Shown piece after piece: positions 48,378-59,900 of a DNA stretch of 64,000 bases (position 1 is the stretch's first letter; each line of letters begins with the position of its first letter). Location of the stretch: NCBI GenBank assembly GCA_032654565.1, contig JAULAX010000015.1, positions 768,001 to 832,000 of the forward strand. Reading direction: 5' to 3'. This DNA is from Anaeromyxobacteraceae bacterium. GTDB lineage: Bacteria; Myxococcota; Myxococcia; Myxococcales; Anaeromyxobacteraceae. The notes under the pieces were generated by a model. The model was not told where the DNA came from, searched no databases, and saw nothing but the letters and a program-made list of their open reading frames with translations. The translations under genes were made by a program, and so were the position numbers.

Positions 48378-49087
48378 GGGCGAGCCCCGGGGAGGTGCGG
48401 GGCGGGAGTCGGCGTGAGCGGCGAGGCGGGCGACGGTTCGATCGACGGAGCGGGCGGAGCCTGGAGCGGCCCGTCGAGCGGCTGGTCGAGGAGCGGCAGG
48501 GCCGCCGCGCCCGGGGCGTCGAAGTGCCACCACTCCATGGGGTTCACGGCGAAGCCGGCCTCGGCCATGGCCACTCGCAGCAGGTCGCGGTGGCGGCGGG
48601 CCGGGCGGCTCACCCCCTCGGTGGCCCAGGCGCGGGCGCGCGGGCCGAAGTCGTCGAACCCCGTCGGCATCTCCACCGGCGCCCCGGCCAGGTCGGCGAG
48701 TGACAGGTCGACGGCGGCGGCCCGGTTGTGGTGCGAGCCGGTGGCGGGATCGGCCACGTAACCGCGCCTCGGCATCGCCTTCCAGAGCTGCCGCTGCACC
48801 GAGAGCGGCCGGTAGCAGTCGAAGAGCACCAGGCGGAACCCCTGCCCGCGCAGCGCCGCCGCGGCCCGGCCGAGCCGGTCGGCCACCGCGGGGAGGAGCA
48901 GGCAGCGGGCCACCGGGTAGAGCGGACGGCCGACGAAGTTGTCGGCGGTGGCGTAGCGCAGGTCGAGCACCGCGTCGGGGAGCCGGGCCCCCACGTCGGC
49001 CAGCCCGGCCGGCGCCGGCGGCGCGATCGGTGCGGTCGGCAAGAGCGGCGCGGCGGCCAGCAGGAGCGCGGCGAGGAGCGGGGGCAC
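48374..49087 (-). CDS. ddpX: D-Ala-D-Ala dipeptidase (peptidase M15D, VanX/DdpX family)
   Basis: DLRYATADNF, DCYRP, SHHNRAAAVD, MPTGFD, EWWHF; signal-like N-terminus. Confidence 0.88.
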   Translation of the reverse strand: MPPLLAALLLAAAPLLPTAPIAPPAPAGLADVGARLPDAVLDLRYATADNFVGRPLYPVARCLLLPAVADRLGRAAAALRGQGFRLVLFDCYRPLSVQRQLWKAMPRRGYVADPATGSHHNRAAAVDLSLADLAGAPVEMPTGFDDFGPRARAWATEGVSRPARRHRDLLRVAMAEAGFAVNPMEWWHFDAPGAAALPLLDQPLDGPLQAPPAPSIEPSPASPLTPTPAPHLPGARP

Positions 49088-49217
49088 GGTGCGGATGATA
49101 CGCGGGGCGGGGAGGCCGTGCATGCCGACCTCCTCCGCACTCACCGGAGCGCCGCCGCCGTGAAGCTCGCGAGCACGGCGTCGGAGCGGGACAGCTGGGC
49201 GACGGGCGGCCGGACCG

Positions 49218-50093
49218 CTAGGGGAGGTCCGCGCCCAGCCCACCGAGCCGCCCGGCGTGGGCGTAGACGTTCATCCGCCCGTCGCGCACGAAGGCGCAGA
49301 GCGTGACGCCGGCCGCCTCGGCCACCGCCACCGCCAGGGTGGTGGGGGCGGAGACGCAGGCCACCACCGGCACGCCGGTCCGCGCCGCCTTCTGCACGAT
49401 CTCGAAGCCGCCCCGGCCGCTCATGGAGAGCACCGCCGGGAGCGGCGCCCGGCCGGCGGCCCGCTGCAGCAGGAGCGCCCCCACCACCTTGTCCACCGCG
49501 TTGTGGCGCCCCACGTCCTCGTGCTCGGCCACCAGCGCGCCGGCCAGGTCGGTGAGCGCCGCGGCGTGGGTGCCGCCGGTGGCCTCGAAGGTGGGCTGCC
49601 CACGGCGGAGCCGGTCCACCGCGGCGGAGACCACGCCGACCGGGATGGTGGGGCCGGCGGGCAGCGGCGCGATCCCGGCCAGCAGGTCCTCCACCGCGCT
49701 GCGCCCGCAGACGCCGCAGGCCGACGTGGTGATCCCGCCGCGGCGGGAGGTGTCGAGCCGGGCCCAGTCGATGGTGGCGCCGGAGGCCGGCGCCACGTCG
49801 ATGACGTTGCCGTAGCCCGGGTCCCCGGTCCGGCCGCAGTGGAAGACGGCGCTGGCGTCCTCGGCGCGACGGATGATCCCCTCGCCGAAGAGGAAGCCGA
49901 GCGCCAGCCGGTGGTCGTCGCCCGGCGTGCGCATGATCACCGCCACGGTCTCGCCGCCCAGCCGGATCTCGAGCGGCTCCTCGACCGCCACCAGGTCCTC
50001 CACCAGGCCGGACGCTCCCAGACGGAGCACCGGGAGCGGCGCCGACTTGCGGCGCGAGGGGGGCCGGGCGGGGATGGTGATGCCGGGGGGCAA
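49218..50093 (-). CDS. fdhD: Formate dehydrogenase accessory sulfurtransferase; start uncertain
   Basis: VEEPLEI, MRTPG, SACGVCG, TGGTHAAA, EDVGRHNAVDK. Confidence 0.92.
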   Translation of the reverse strand: MPPGITIPARPPSRRKSAPLPVLRLGASGLVEDLVAVEEPLEIRLGGETVAVIMRTPGDDHRLALGFLFGEGIIRRAEDASAVFHCGRTGDPGYGNVIDVAPASGATIDWARLDTSRRGGITTSACGVCGRSAVEDLLAGIAPLPAGPTIPVGVVSAAVDRLRRGQPTFEATGGTHAAALTDLAGALVAEHEDVGRHNAVDKVVGALLLQRAAGRAPLPAVLSMSGRGGFEIVQKAARTGVPVVACVSAPTTLAVAVAEAAGVTLCAFVRDGRMNVYAHAGRLGGLGADLP

Positions 50094-50147
50094 GGCGGCG
50101 GATGCTGGCAGGTCGATCCGCGCGGCGTCAAGGAGTGCGTCGAACAG

Positions 50148-50360
50148 CGTCAGGAGCACTGGAGATGTCCGCCCCATAAGCACTCACGGATGTCCGCTTC
50201 TCAGGGGCCACCGGATAAGCCGGGTCAATGACCTGGGACGATCGACGGGTGGCCAGAGAGGCGAAGGCCATGACGCGGCAGGAATTCATCATGAAGGCGG
50301 CCGAGGGGCGCTTCACGTGGATCCAGGCGGCGGAGATCCTGCGCCTGGACCCGCGCCACC
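50148..50360 (+). pseudogene. Left-end remnant of an IS1202/ISNCY-like insertion sequence
   Basis: Two agcact...gatgtccgc repeats (50155-50172, 50179-50197), then MTRQEFIMKAAEGRFTWIQAAEILRLDPRH (transposase-like HTH start) that breaks off. Confidence 0.6.
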
Positions 50361-50596
50361 CCGCCGGCCTTCAAGGGGTCGTCCCTCCCCGGGCCCACGC
50401 GGCCCCCTCCCTCCGGGGCGAGGGGAGGCTCGATCCCGCCAGCCGGCGGGTCCTCGCCCCTCTGGGCGAGGCCTCAACTTCACGGTATGTGGATGTAGGT
50501 GACCGCTCGTACCTTGACCGTGGTCTTCCGCGGCTCACCTGGTCATGTTACCCGTGGCGGATCGACTCAGTTCACTTCAGGTCAAGGGGGATCACC

Positions 50597-51931
50597 ATGA
50601 GACGCCTCGCTCCGATCGTGCTCTTCGCCCTGGTCACCGCCTGCGCCGGGCAGGAGGGGAGCTCGGGCGCCGCCGGAACCCAGGGTCCCCAGGGGGTCGC
50701 CGGCGCCCAGGGCGTTCCCGGGACCACCGGGCCGCAGGGGCCGGCCGGCTCGCCGGGCGCCACCTGGGTGGGCGGCTGGAGCGCCCTGACCCGCTACCAG
50801 GCCAACGACGCGGTCGACCACCTCGGCTCCTCCTACGTGGCCGTGGTCGCGCCGGTGCTCGGGCTGCCTCCTCCCGGCGCCGACTGGCAGCTGGTCGCCG
50901 CCAAGGGCGCCACCGGCGACCAGGGGCCGCAGGGGCTCAAGGGCGACACCGGCGACCAGGGCCTCCCGGGCGCAGGCTCGCTGGTCCTGCTGGAGACGGG
51001 CGCCGGCCTGACCGGCGGCCCCATCACCTCCACCGGGACCATCTCGATCGCCTCCGGCGGCGTCTCCAACGCCATGCTGTCGAGCAGCACCGTCACGGTG
51101 GCCGCCGGCAGCGGCCTCACCGGTGGTGGCCCGGTCTCGCTGGGCGGCACGGTCTCGCTGGCGGCCGCCGATCTGCTCGGTGACGTCAGCGGCTCCCCGC
51201 TCACCACTACGGTCAAGGCGTTGCAGGGGACCGCGGTCGCCGCCACCACCCCGGCCGACGGCCAGGTGCTGGCCTACTCCACGGCCAGCAGCAGCTGGGC
51301 GCCCACCACCCTGCCGGTCATCCCCCAGGTGGCCACCTACCGGTACAACACGTTCAACACCTACGACGAGGCGTCCGGCTGGGCGGCGGGCAACGACGCG
51401 TCGCTCTTTGGCGGCATCGCCCCGGGCACCTGGAAGAGCAGCGCGATCGCCTCCCAGATGAGCCCCGACAAGGGGGTGCTGCGCACGCTCTTCAACCGCA
51501 AGGGATACGCGGGCGCCAATGCCTTGATCCACGCCGAGACCTTCGCCTTCGCCAGTTCGGCCAACACCAAGGTGGTCACCGCGCTCTTCCGCATCCGCAA
51601 CACCACCACGGCTCCCATCACCTGGACGCCCGTGCTCCGCATCGCCGCCTTCGGCCCGTGGGCCGAGCAGGCCAGCGTCGCGCTCAACGGGGCCTCGGCC
51701 TGGACCAGCGCCGGTGGCACGTACTCGAACAGCTCGGCGCCGGTGAGCGTCGCGCTCGCCATCCCCGCCAACCGCACCAGCACCGCCATCTTCGTCTCCA
51801 TGGGCGGTCCGCAGGCGGCCCCGTATACTCGGACCACCATCCTCGCCTTCGTCAACAACTCGCTGGCGCTCCCGGCCGGCCTCCAGTTCGTCGACGACCT
51901 CGACACCGCCACCGGTGACTGGACGCAGTAG
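50597..51931 (+). CDS. Collagen-like surface lipoprotein
   Basis: RBS AAGGGGG, lipobox VTAC, Gly-X-Y runs, W..Y..ND.V...GSSY module, GLTGG repeats, beta-rich C-terminal domain. Confidence 0.75.
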   Translation: MRRLAPIVLFALVTACAGQEGSSGAAGTQGPQGVAGAQGVPGTTGPQGPAGSPGATWVGGWSALTRYQANDAVDHLGSSYVAVVAPVLGLPPPGADWQLVAAKGATGDQGPQGLKGDTGDQGLPGAGSLVLLETGAGLTGGPITSTGTISIASGGVSNAMLSSSTVTVAAGSGLTGGGPVSLGGTVSLAAADLLGDVSGSPLTTTVKALQGTAVAATTPADGQVLAYSTASSSWAPTTLPVIPQVATYRYNTFNTYDEASGWAAGNDASLFGGIAPGTWKSSAIASQMSPDKGVLRTLFNRKGYAGANALIHAETFAFASSANTKVVTALFRIRNTTTAPITWTPVLRIAAFGPWAEQASVALNGASAWTSAGGTYSNSSAPVSVALAIPANRTSTAIFVSMGGPQAAPYTRTTILAFVNNSLALPAGLQFVDDLDTATGDWTQ

Positions 51932-52121
51932 CCCAGGCCCACGCGATCCGGCCTGCAGCCGCTGGAGCTCCCGGCACCCGGCGGTCCACTGGAATCCAGA
52001 GGCCGCCGGCCACGAAACTGGCGCTGTCAGCCCGGGCCGGTAGGATGGCTCCGGTCTGCGCAGCCTTCGCAGCAGCGAGGTTTCGATGGCTCGACGCGGC
52101 CGGACCCAGACGGGAAGCACC

Positions 52122-52385
52122 ATGACCTACGCAGAGGAACGTGTCGCCGCCGAGACCGGGCGGGTGCTGCTGGCGCTCTACCGCGCCGGGCTCGAGATCC
52201 ACGTCGCGCCCGACGGGATCACCGGCCAGGCCAGCGCCCGCATCGTCTCCGGGCCGCGGTCGCGGCGGCGCAGCCCGGTCACCCGCACCGCCCGGGGCAC
52301 CGGCGACTCGCCGCTGGCGGCCATCTGCGCGGCGGTGGAGCGGCTCAACGAGCGGGCCGGCGCCATCGTGGTGGCGCTCGACTGA
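52122..52385 (+). CDS. Small hypothetical protein
   Basis: GC3-biased ORF in an otherwise non-coding gap. Confidence 0.5.
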   Translation: MTYAEERVAAETGRVLLALYRAGLEIHVAPDGITGQASARIVSGPRSRRRSPVTRTARGTGDSPLAAICAAVERLNERAGAIVVALD

Positions 52386-52433
52386 CGGCGCGGCGAGCGG
52401 GCCGGCGCCTCCGGCCCCGCGCCCGGGGATCGC

Positions 52434-52721
52434 TCAGGCGAAGAGGGTCCCCAGCTTCCGCTCGATGTAGCCCTTCACCGAGCCGACCACGGCGCCGCCC
52501 ACCAGGCCGTGGGTCAGGTCGATGCGGATCAGCCCATCGCCGATGGTGCAGAGCCCCTTCACGCCCATCTTCTCCGGCACCACGATGGTCCTGGCCGCGG
52601 CGTCGAACTGGCAGGCGATGCCGTACTCCTTCCCCAGCGCCCGCAGGATCTTCTCGGCCTCGCCGTAGAGCTGGTCGGCGCTCTTGCCCGGGAACGCCCG
52701 CTCGATGGTCTTCACCGCCAT
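52434..52721 (-). CDS. Small hypothetical protein, resembling the polyhydroxyalkanoic-acid-system protein family
   Basis: GVKG...IRIDL..GL...VKGYIERKL pattern; translationally coupled to queC. Confidence 0.55.
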   Translation of the reverse strand: MAVKTIERAFPGKSADQLYGEAEKILRALGKEYGIACQFDAAARTIVVPEKMGVKGLCTIGDGLIRIDLTHGLVGGAVVGSVKGYIERKLGTLFA

Positions 52722-53437
52722 CACGCCCTCCGCTTGGTGGTCCGCGCGTAGCGCGTCGGATCCGGAATGCCCGCCTCGCTGAACCCCTTGCGGCGCAGCA
52801 GGCAGGCGTCGCACCGGCCGCAGGCCCGGCCGGCGGCCGGGTCGTAGCAGGACTGGGTCCGGCCGAAGGGGACGCCGAGGCGGGTGCCGAGCCGGATGAT
52901 CCCGGCCTTGGAGAGCCGCTGCAGCGGCGCCACGATCCGCAGGGGCCGGCCGCCGACGCCGGCCTTGGTGGCGACGCGGGCCAACCTCTCGAAGGCGGCG
53001 AGGAACTCCGGCCGGCAGTCGGGGTAGCCGGAGTAGTCGACGGCGTTGACCCCGACGTGGATCTCCTCGGCGCCGATCACCTCGGCCCAGGCCAGCGCCA
53101 GGGAGAGCATCACGGTGTTGCGCGCCGGCACGTAGGTGACCGGGATCTCCCGCGACATGGCCGCGGCGCTCCGCCCCTTGGGGACGGCGATGGCGGCGTC
53201 GGTGAGGGCCGAGCCGCCGAAGGCCGAGAGGTCCACTTTCACCACCCGGTGGCTGGCGGCCCCCAGCAGGCGGGCCAGGGCGCGGGCCCGGGCCAGCTCG
53301 CCGCGGTGGCGCTGGCCGTAGTCGACCGAGAGGGCGTGGACCTCGCGCCCGCCGGCGAGCGCGGCGGCGAGGCAGGTGGTGCTGTCGAGCCCGCCGGAGA
53401 GGAGGACGACGGCGCGGACGATGCGGGGGCGGGCCAT
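52721..53437 (-). CDS. queC: 7-cyano-7-deazaguanine synthase
   Basis: [37 protein letters not shown]. Confidence 0.96.
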   Translation of the reverse strand: MARPRIVRAVVLLSGGLDSTTCLAAALAGGREVHALSVDYGQRHRGELARARALARLLGAASHRVVKVDLSAFGGSALTDAAIAVPKGRSAAAMSREIPVTYVPARNTVMLSLALAWAEVIGAEEIHVGVNAVDYSGYPDCRPEFLAAFERLARVATKAGVGGRPLRIVAPLQRLSKAGIIRLGTRLGVPFGRTQSCYDPAAGRACGRCDACLLRRKGFSEAGIPDPTRYARTTKRRA

Positions 53438-53971
53438 TCAGGGTCCAGTGGGGAGGCCGGCCAGGGCGTAGGTGGCCTGGCAGGGGGCGGTGCAGGGGGT
53501 GCAGTTGGCCCCCGGGACGGAGGCGTCCAGCGTGGCCTGGTCGAGGAGCGTCCCGGTGAAGCCGACGGCGGCGCCGCCGGGGCCGCGCTGGAGGGTCCCG
53601 GTCACCTGCTGGTGGACGGTGACGGCGCAGCCGGCGCTGCAGGTCGCCAGCAGCGCGCCGCGGGTGTCCAGGGAGACGTCGAGCAGGTCGGCGACGAGGC
53701 TCCCCACCAGCGGCTCGGCCCCGGCGCGGGCCGGGCAGAGCCAGGCGCCGACGCCGTCGGCGGCGGAGGAGACGGCCCCGGTGAAGCTGACCGTCGCCGG
53801 GTAGAGGGCGTTGATCCCGGCGGCCGGCTCACCGGCGAGACAGGTCACCAGCACCCGGGTCCCCGAGAAGGAGAGCGAGGCGACCGGAGTTCCCGGGCAG
53901 GTGGCGGGCTCGCGCCGCTCGTTGCAGCCGGCGGCGAGGAGGACCAGGAGGGCGGGGGCGAGGCGGCGCAC
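53438..53971 (-). CDS. Cys-rich lipoprotein, hypothetical
   Basis: Lipobox LAAGC, several Cys pairs (CSAGC, CTPCTAPC). Confidence 0.7.
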   Translation of the reverse strand: MRRLAPALLVLLAAGCNERREPATCPGTPVASLSFSGTRVLVTCLAGEPAAGINALYPATVSFTGAVSSAADGVGAWLCPARAGAEPLVGSLVADLLDVSLDTRGALLATCSAGCAVTVHQQVTGTLQRGPGGAAVGFTGTLLDQATLDASVPGANCTPCTAPCQATYALAGLPTGP

Positions 53972-53978
53972 GGCCCGC

Positions 53979-56900
53979 TCAGCGTACCACCGCCACCCTC
54001 AGGTCGAGGAAGGCGTCGGAGAGCGCCAGCGTCGCCAGCTCCCAGAGCGCCGGGATCCGGAGGGCCTCGGCGCCGGTGAGCGGCTGGGCCGGCGGGTCGG
54101 TGGCCAGCAGGGCCGTGAAGGCCCCGGCCGGATCGCCGGTGGCCAGCAGGGCCACCCGGGCGCTGGTCCGCTGCAGCGCCGCGGCCAGCGCCGAGAGCTC
54201 GGTGCCGGCCAGCTCGTCGGCCGCCGGCGGGCCGAGCGAGGCCACCCGCGCCGCCAGCACCGGCGGGACGCCCCTGGCCATGGCCGAGAGGAAGTCGCCG
54301 GCGCGGGCCGCGGGGAGCCCCAGCGATGGCGGCTGGCCGCCGGCGAACCGGCAGGCCAGCTCCAGCAGGATGCCGACGTCGCGCGGGGCGAACTTGCCCA
54401 CCAGCGCTCCGCCGCGCTCCAGCTGGTCGAAGGCCCGGACGGCGAGGAAGTGGCGGGCGCCCAGCGGCAGGTCGGCGAAGCCGGCCGGCACGATCAGCGC
54501 CGGCGGCCGGGTGTTCTCGATGGCGACCTGGGCGCCGGGGCGGTCGACGAGGAAGGTGGCGTGGTCGCGGGCGGAGAGCAGCACCGAGGCGATCTCCAGC
54601 GGCTCGCGGACCTCGGGCGCCCGGGGGGCCACCAGCCGGTCGGCGACGGTGGCCCCGCGACGCTGCAGGTCGGCGGGGAAGAGCGGCTCCAGGTGCGGCG
54701 TCAGCAGCGCCAGCAGCGTGCCGAGCGGGCCGACCGCCTCGGGGAGCGCGGCCCGGTCGCGGGTGGCCGGGGAGAGCGCCGCGGCGAAGGGCGGGGGCTC
54801 CGGCGCCGGGGCCCGCTCCGGGGCCACGAAGGCGGCGATCGAGGTGGCCAGCCGGGCCAGCTCGGACAGCCGGTCCTGGTCGGCCGGGGCGTCGCCGGTC
54901 GCCACCTCCCGGGCCAGCGCCGCCACCGCCAGCAGCGCCTCGACGTCGGAGGGATCCTGGCGCGCCGCGGCCAGGGCCCGCTCCAACGCCTCGGTCGGCG
55001 GCTCGGCGGCCGGCGGCGCGGCGGCGAGCGAGGCCCGGAGCGCGGCCACCCGGGCCTCGCGCCCGGCGTCGCCGGCCACCAGCGCGTCGAGCCAGCCCCA
55101 GGTCAGCTCGCGCTCGGCGTCGGCGGCCAGGGCCTCGAGGAGGGCGTCGGCGGCGCCGCCGAGATCTCCCTGCCGCTCCAGGAGCCCGGCCAGCCGCTCC
55201 AGCGCGGCGGCGCGGTCGGCCCCGGTCGAGCCGTCGGCCTCGGCGCGGAGGTGGAGGACGATGGGATCCGGCTCGACCGGGTCGGGCCCGCCGACCTCGA
55301 GGGCGGCCATGGTGTCGGCGAGCGACCCGGCCTCGGCGGGGAGCTCGGGCCCGGCGAGGAGCGACGGCTCGGGGAGGACTGGCGAGGCGGTGGTCTCGAG
55401 CGAGGCCAGCGGCTCGGCCCCCTCCAGCGTCACCGTGAAGTCGTCGAGGTCGCCGTCCTCGAAGCTCCAGGCGGCGCCGGCCGGATCGGGCTCGGCCGGC
55501 GGCGCCTCCTCCGTCGGCGCGGGTTCGGTGGTCGGATCCAGCGCGATTCCAAGGTCGTGCTCGGGCGCCGCCGCGGCGCTCCCGGCCACCAGCTGCCAGA
55601 GCTGGACGTGGACGGCGTGGGCGGCGTCGGAGAGCGCGCCGTGGTCGAGGCGGGCCAGCAGCCCGGCGGCCGCCTCCGGCCAGCCGCTGGCCAGCCCCTC
55701 GGCCGCCTGGACCAGCTCGGCGGGCACGCTGGACGGCTCGCCCAGCGCCGCGGCGCGCAGCGCGCGGACCGCGTCGGGGGGCCGCCCCTGCTCGAGGAAG
55801 AGCCGCGCCGCCACCAGCGCCGCCTCGGCCGCCGCCGGCCCCTCGGTGCGGATGGAGACCGCCAGGTGGGCCCGCGCCGCCTCGACCGGATCGCCGGAGG
55901 CCAGCTCCAGCTCGGCCAGCGCCAGCCACGGGGCCGGGGCGTCGGGCTCGGCCTCGCAGGCCAGCGCGATGGCGAGGCGCACCTCCTCGATGGCCAGGCC
56001 GGCCCGCCGCGCGGCGCCGGCCGAGGCCAGCCAGGCGGCGGCGCGCGCCGCCGGATCGGTCGCCGCCTCGGCGAGCCGGGCCAGGTCGTGGGCCTCGGCG
56101 AGCGGATCCGCCACGGCCGGCTCGGGGTCGAAGTGTACGGGCTCGGGCTCCGGTCCCGGTTCCGGGGCGGGATCGGCCACGGCCGGTTCGGCCTCCAGGG
56201 AGACCGACCCGGCCACGGGCGACTCCACGTCGAGCCGGACGGGCTCGGGTCCTGGCCTCGGCGTGGGCTCGGCGTCGAAGGGGACCGACTCGGGCTCCGG
56301 CCGAGGGGTGGGCTCGGTGGCGACAGGTTCGGTGTCGAAAGCGGCGGACTCGGCCACGGGCGGCTCGTGGTCGGCCGCCTCCGGGGTGGTCGGCTCGTTC
56401 ACCGGCCGCTCCAGGGCCGGGAACTCCAGCGTCATGGGGCCGACGATGGGCTCGAAGTCGGTCGCCGGGACGGTGGCCGCCAGCCGCTCGGGAACGGGGA
56501 CGGTCAAGGGCTCGAACTCGTGCTCGAACTCGTGCTCCGGCTCATGCTCCGGCTCGCGCTCGACCGGCGCGGCCGCGGCCTCTCCGGCCTCCTGCAGCTC
56601 CACCACCTGCGGCTCGAGCCCCGCCGGCGGCATGGCCTCGGCCTCGCCGCCCTCCTGCAGCTCCACCACCTGCGGCTCCGGCTCCACCGTCCCCGGCTCG
56701 GGCGCAGACGGCTCGAGCTCCGTCGGCTCGCTCGCCGGCCGCTCCAGGGGCGGGAACTCCAGCGTCATGGGACCGACGATGGGCTGGTACCGCGGCGCCC
56801 CGAAGGGCTCGACGACCGGATCGGGCAGCGAGAAGGCCGCCTCGATCGAGTCGGCCACCGGCGCGGTGGACCGGGGGGGCCGCACGCCGCCCGCCTGCAC

Positions 56901-59900
56901 CAGCAGCCGGGCCAGCGCCTCGTCGTCGGGGCTGGACCGAAGGGCGGCGGCCAGCAGCGGGATGGCCTCGGGGGCGCGTCCGCAGCCCAGCAGCGCCGTG
57001 GCCGCTTCGCGGAGCGCGCCGCCGTCGGCGGGCAGGTCGGTGGTCACCGCCAGCAGCGTATCGGCCGCCAGCGCCGCGTCGTCGGGCCGGCCGGTCGAGG
57101 CGAGCAGCCGGGCCGCCTCGCGCCGCAGCCCGGCACGCGCCGCCGGGTCGGCCTGGCGCCGGGCCCGGTCGAGCAGGAGCCGGGCCCGCGCCTCCTCGCG
57201 CCCCTCCCGGTCGAGCAGGCCGAGCAGCGTCGCCTCGATGGCCGGATCCCCGGGCTGCTCGGCCAGCGCCTGCCGCAGCGTCGCCTCGGCCGCCGCCGGG
57301 TCGAAGTGGGCCTCCATGGCCACCAGCCGCCGCAGCCCGGCGGGGTCACCCGGATCGCGCTCCAGGGCGCGGCGCATCACCGCCACCGCCGACGGATCGC
57401 CGGCCTCGGCCAGCAGCTCGGCGGCCTCGCGGGCCCGGACCGCCGCGGCCCCGCCGGCGCCCCGCTCCGCCAGCAGCGCCTCCAGCGCCAGCAGGTCGTC
57501 GGCGGCCCCGCGCCTCATGCCGCGCCGCCGCTGCTCGGCCACCGCCTCCTCCAGCAGCAGCTGCGCGGCGTCGGCGTCGCCGGCCGACCGCGCCGTCTCG
57601 GCCGCTTCGTGGAGCGCCCCCAGCAGCGCCTCGGGGCCGAGCCCGCCCTGGCGCGTCGCCTCCACCCGCCGCCGCTCCAGCGCCACCGCCAACCCCGGGG
57701 AGTCGCCGGCCTCGGCGCGTGCCTCGCGGAAGAGCCGCTCGCCGAGCCGGCGATCATGGAGCTCGGCCAGCGCCCCCTCGGCGGCCGCGGCCAGCAGCTC
57801 GATGCGCGAGGCCCGGGAGCGGACCCGGCCGGCCACCGCCTCGAGGGCGGTCACGGCCCGCTGCCGGTCGGGATCGATCCGGCTCCGGGCCAGCGCCGCC
57901 GCCGCCTCCTGCGGCCGGAGCGCCAGCAGCCGGTCGAAGGCCGCCAGGGCCAGGGCCGGGTCGTCGGCCTCCGAGGCCAGCTCGGCCAGCTGCCGGCAGA
58001 GCGCCACCACCTCGCCCTCCTCGAAGCCGGGGAAGCCGGCCTCCAGCAGCGTCCGGTGCACCACCAGCGCCTCGGCGAAGGAGCCCTGGGCGTAGAGCAG
58101 CCGGCCCAGCAGCGGCCCGGCCAGCGCCGGGGTCTGCCGCGACCGGCTGAAGGCCCGGCGCGCGCAGCGCAGCGCCGCCCCGCCGTCGCCGGCCTCCCAG
58201 GCCAGCGCCGCCGCGGCCGCCTGGGCCCGGGCCGAGGTGGCCGGATCCTCAAGCCGCCCGGCGAAGCGCTCCAGCGGCTCGGAGGCGGACCGCTCGGGCA
58301 GGTGGCTCCGGCGCAGGCGCACCTGCTCGAGCGCCAGCCCCTGGTCGGGGGGCAGCAGCAGGAGACTCTCGGTGAAGGCGTGGTCGGCCGCCTGGTGCTG
58401 CCCCTGCTTCGCCAGCAGCCGGGCCCGCTCCAGCAGCAGCGCGCCGGCCTGGTCGGCGTCGAGCCGGGCCTCCTCCTCCAGCCGGGTGACCACCGTCGCC
58501 TCGTCGCCGAGGGCGGCCGCGGCCAGGCGCGCCTGCCGCACCGCGGCCAGCGACCGGGGGGCCAGGGTGCGGGCCTGCTCGGCGGCCTGGGCGGCCCCGG
58601 CGGCGTCGCCGGCTCCGGCGCGCAGGACCGCCAGGCGGAGGAGCAGGTCGGGCCGCTCCCCGGCCGGGACCAGCGGCGCCAGCGCCGCCAGCGCCTCGGC
58701 CTCGGCGGCGGCGTCCGACCGCGCCACGGCCAGCCCCAGCAGCGAGGTGAGCGCGCCCCGGGCCCGCTCCGGCTCCGGGTCGAGCTCCAGCGCCTCGCGC
58801 AGCGTCGCTTCACCATCCGTGACGAGCCCGGCCTCGACCAGCGCCAGCCCGGCCTCGGCCAGCCGCTCGGCGGCGCCGGCCTCGGCGGCGGCCAGGGCCA
58901 GGCGGGCCCGCTCCAGCAGCAGCCGGGCCGCGCCCGGGTGGTCGCCGGCCGCGATAGCCTCCTGGGCCCGGCGCTCCAGCCCCTCGCCGTCGTCGCCGCG
59001 CAGGCGCGCCGCCTCGCCGCGGGCCTCGGCGGCGCCGACCGGATCACCGGCCGCCTGGCGCAGCAGCGCCACCGCCTCCCAGGCCTCGACCCGCTCCTCC
59101 TCGCCGGCGCCGTCGTGGGCCGCCAGGGTCCGCAGCAGGGGCTCGCGCTCGCCGTCGTGGAGCAGGGCCGCCCGCCCCGGCGCCAGCAGGGCGCGGAGCG
59201 GCTCCAGCGCGATGGGATCGAAGCGGAGCACCGCCCGCCAGCTCTCCATGGCCTCGGGCTCGCGCCCGATCCGGGCCAGCAGCGCCGCCAGGTCGCGGTG
59301 GACGTGGAGCGCCTCGCCGACCGGCGTGCTCGAGGCCAGCCGGACCAGGGTGGTGGCCAGGCCGTCCAGGTCGTTGGCCTCGCGGTGGAGCCCGGCCAGG
59401 TGGGCCAGCTCGGAGCTGGTGGGGTTGCCGGTCTGGGCGTAGGCGGCCAGCCGGCGGCGCGCCAGCTCCCGCTCGCCGGTGCGCTCGGCCAGCGCCGCGG
59501 CCAGCCGCAGCAGCTCGGGCCGGCGGGCGGCGTCGAGCCCCTGGCCGGCCAGGGCGGCCTCGGCGTCGGCGAGGGCGCCGGCGGCGTCGTCGGCGGCGCG
59601 GCGGGCGGCACGCTCGGCGCGGGCCGGGGCGAAGCCGGGGTCGCTCTGCGCGGCCAGGTCGAGCGCCGAGGTGTCGCCGGTGAGCGAGAAGGCGCGCCAG
59701 GCCAGCGCCGCCCCCTCCTGTCCGCCGGTCCGCGCCGCGGCGGTGAGCAGGGCGGCGGCGGCGGCCCGGGCGTCGCCCGCGGCCGCGTGCAGCCGCAGCA
59801 GGTGGCGGAGCGCCTCGCCGCCGGTCTCCCGGGCCTCGGCGGCGCGCTCCAGCGACCGGACCGCGCCGGGGCGGTCGCCGAGCCGCTCGGCCAGCGCCGC

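Noticed and set aside
46578..48533. Complete restriction-modification or BREX-type system
   Set aside because: No endonuclease, helicase or specificity subunit nearby; the flanks are HEAT and ddpX genes.
30629..50570. Shared 12-mer ggatcgactcag at 30629 and 50559
   Set aside because: The match does not extend on either side, and a chance 12-mer match is plausible in 64 kb.
50228..51931. 567-aa transposase-collagen fusion protein
   Set aside because: An RBS, ATG and signal/lipobox at 50597 define the real start; the upstream in-frame stretch looks like IS debris and non-coding DNA.
53438..53500. preQ1 riboswitch upstream of queC, or a 7-deazaguanine DNA-modification cluster
   Set aside because: queC directly abuts the upstream CDS with no leader; no dpdA/queE/queD-like genes in the window.
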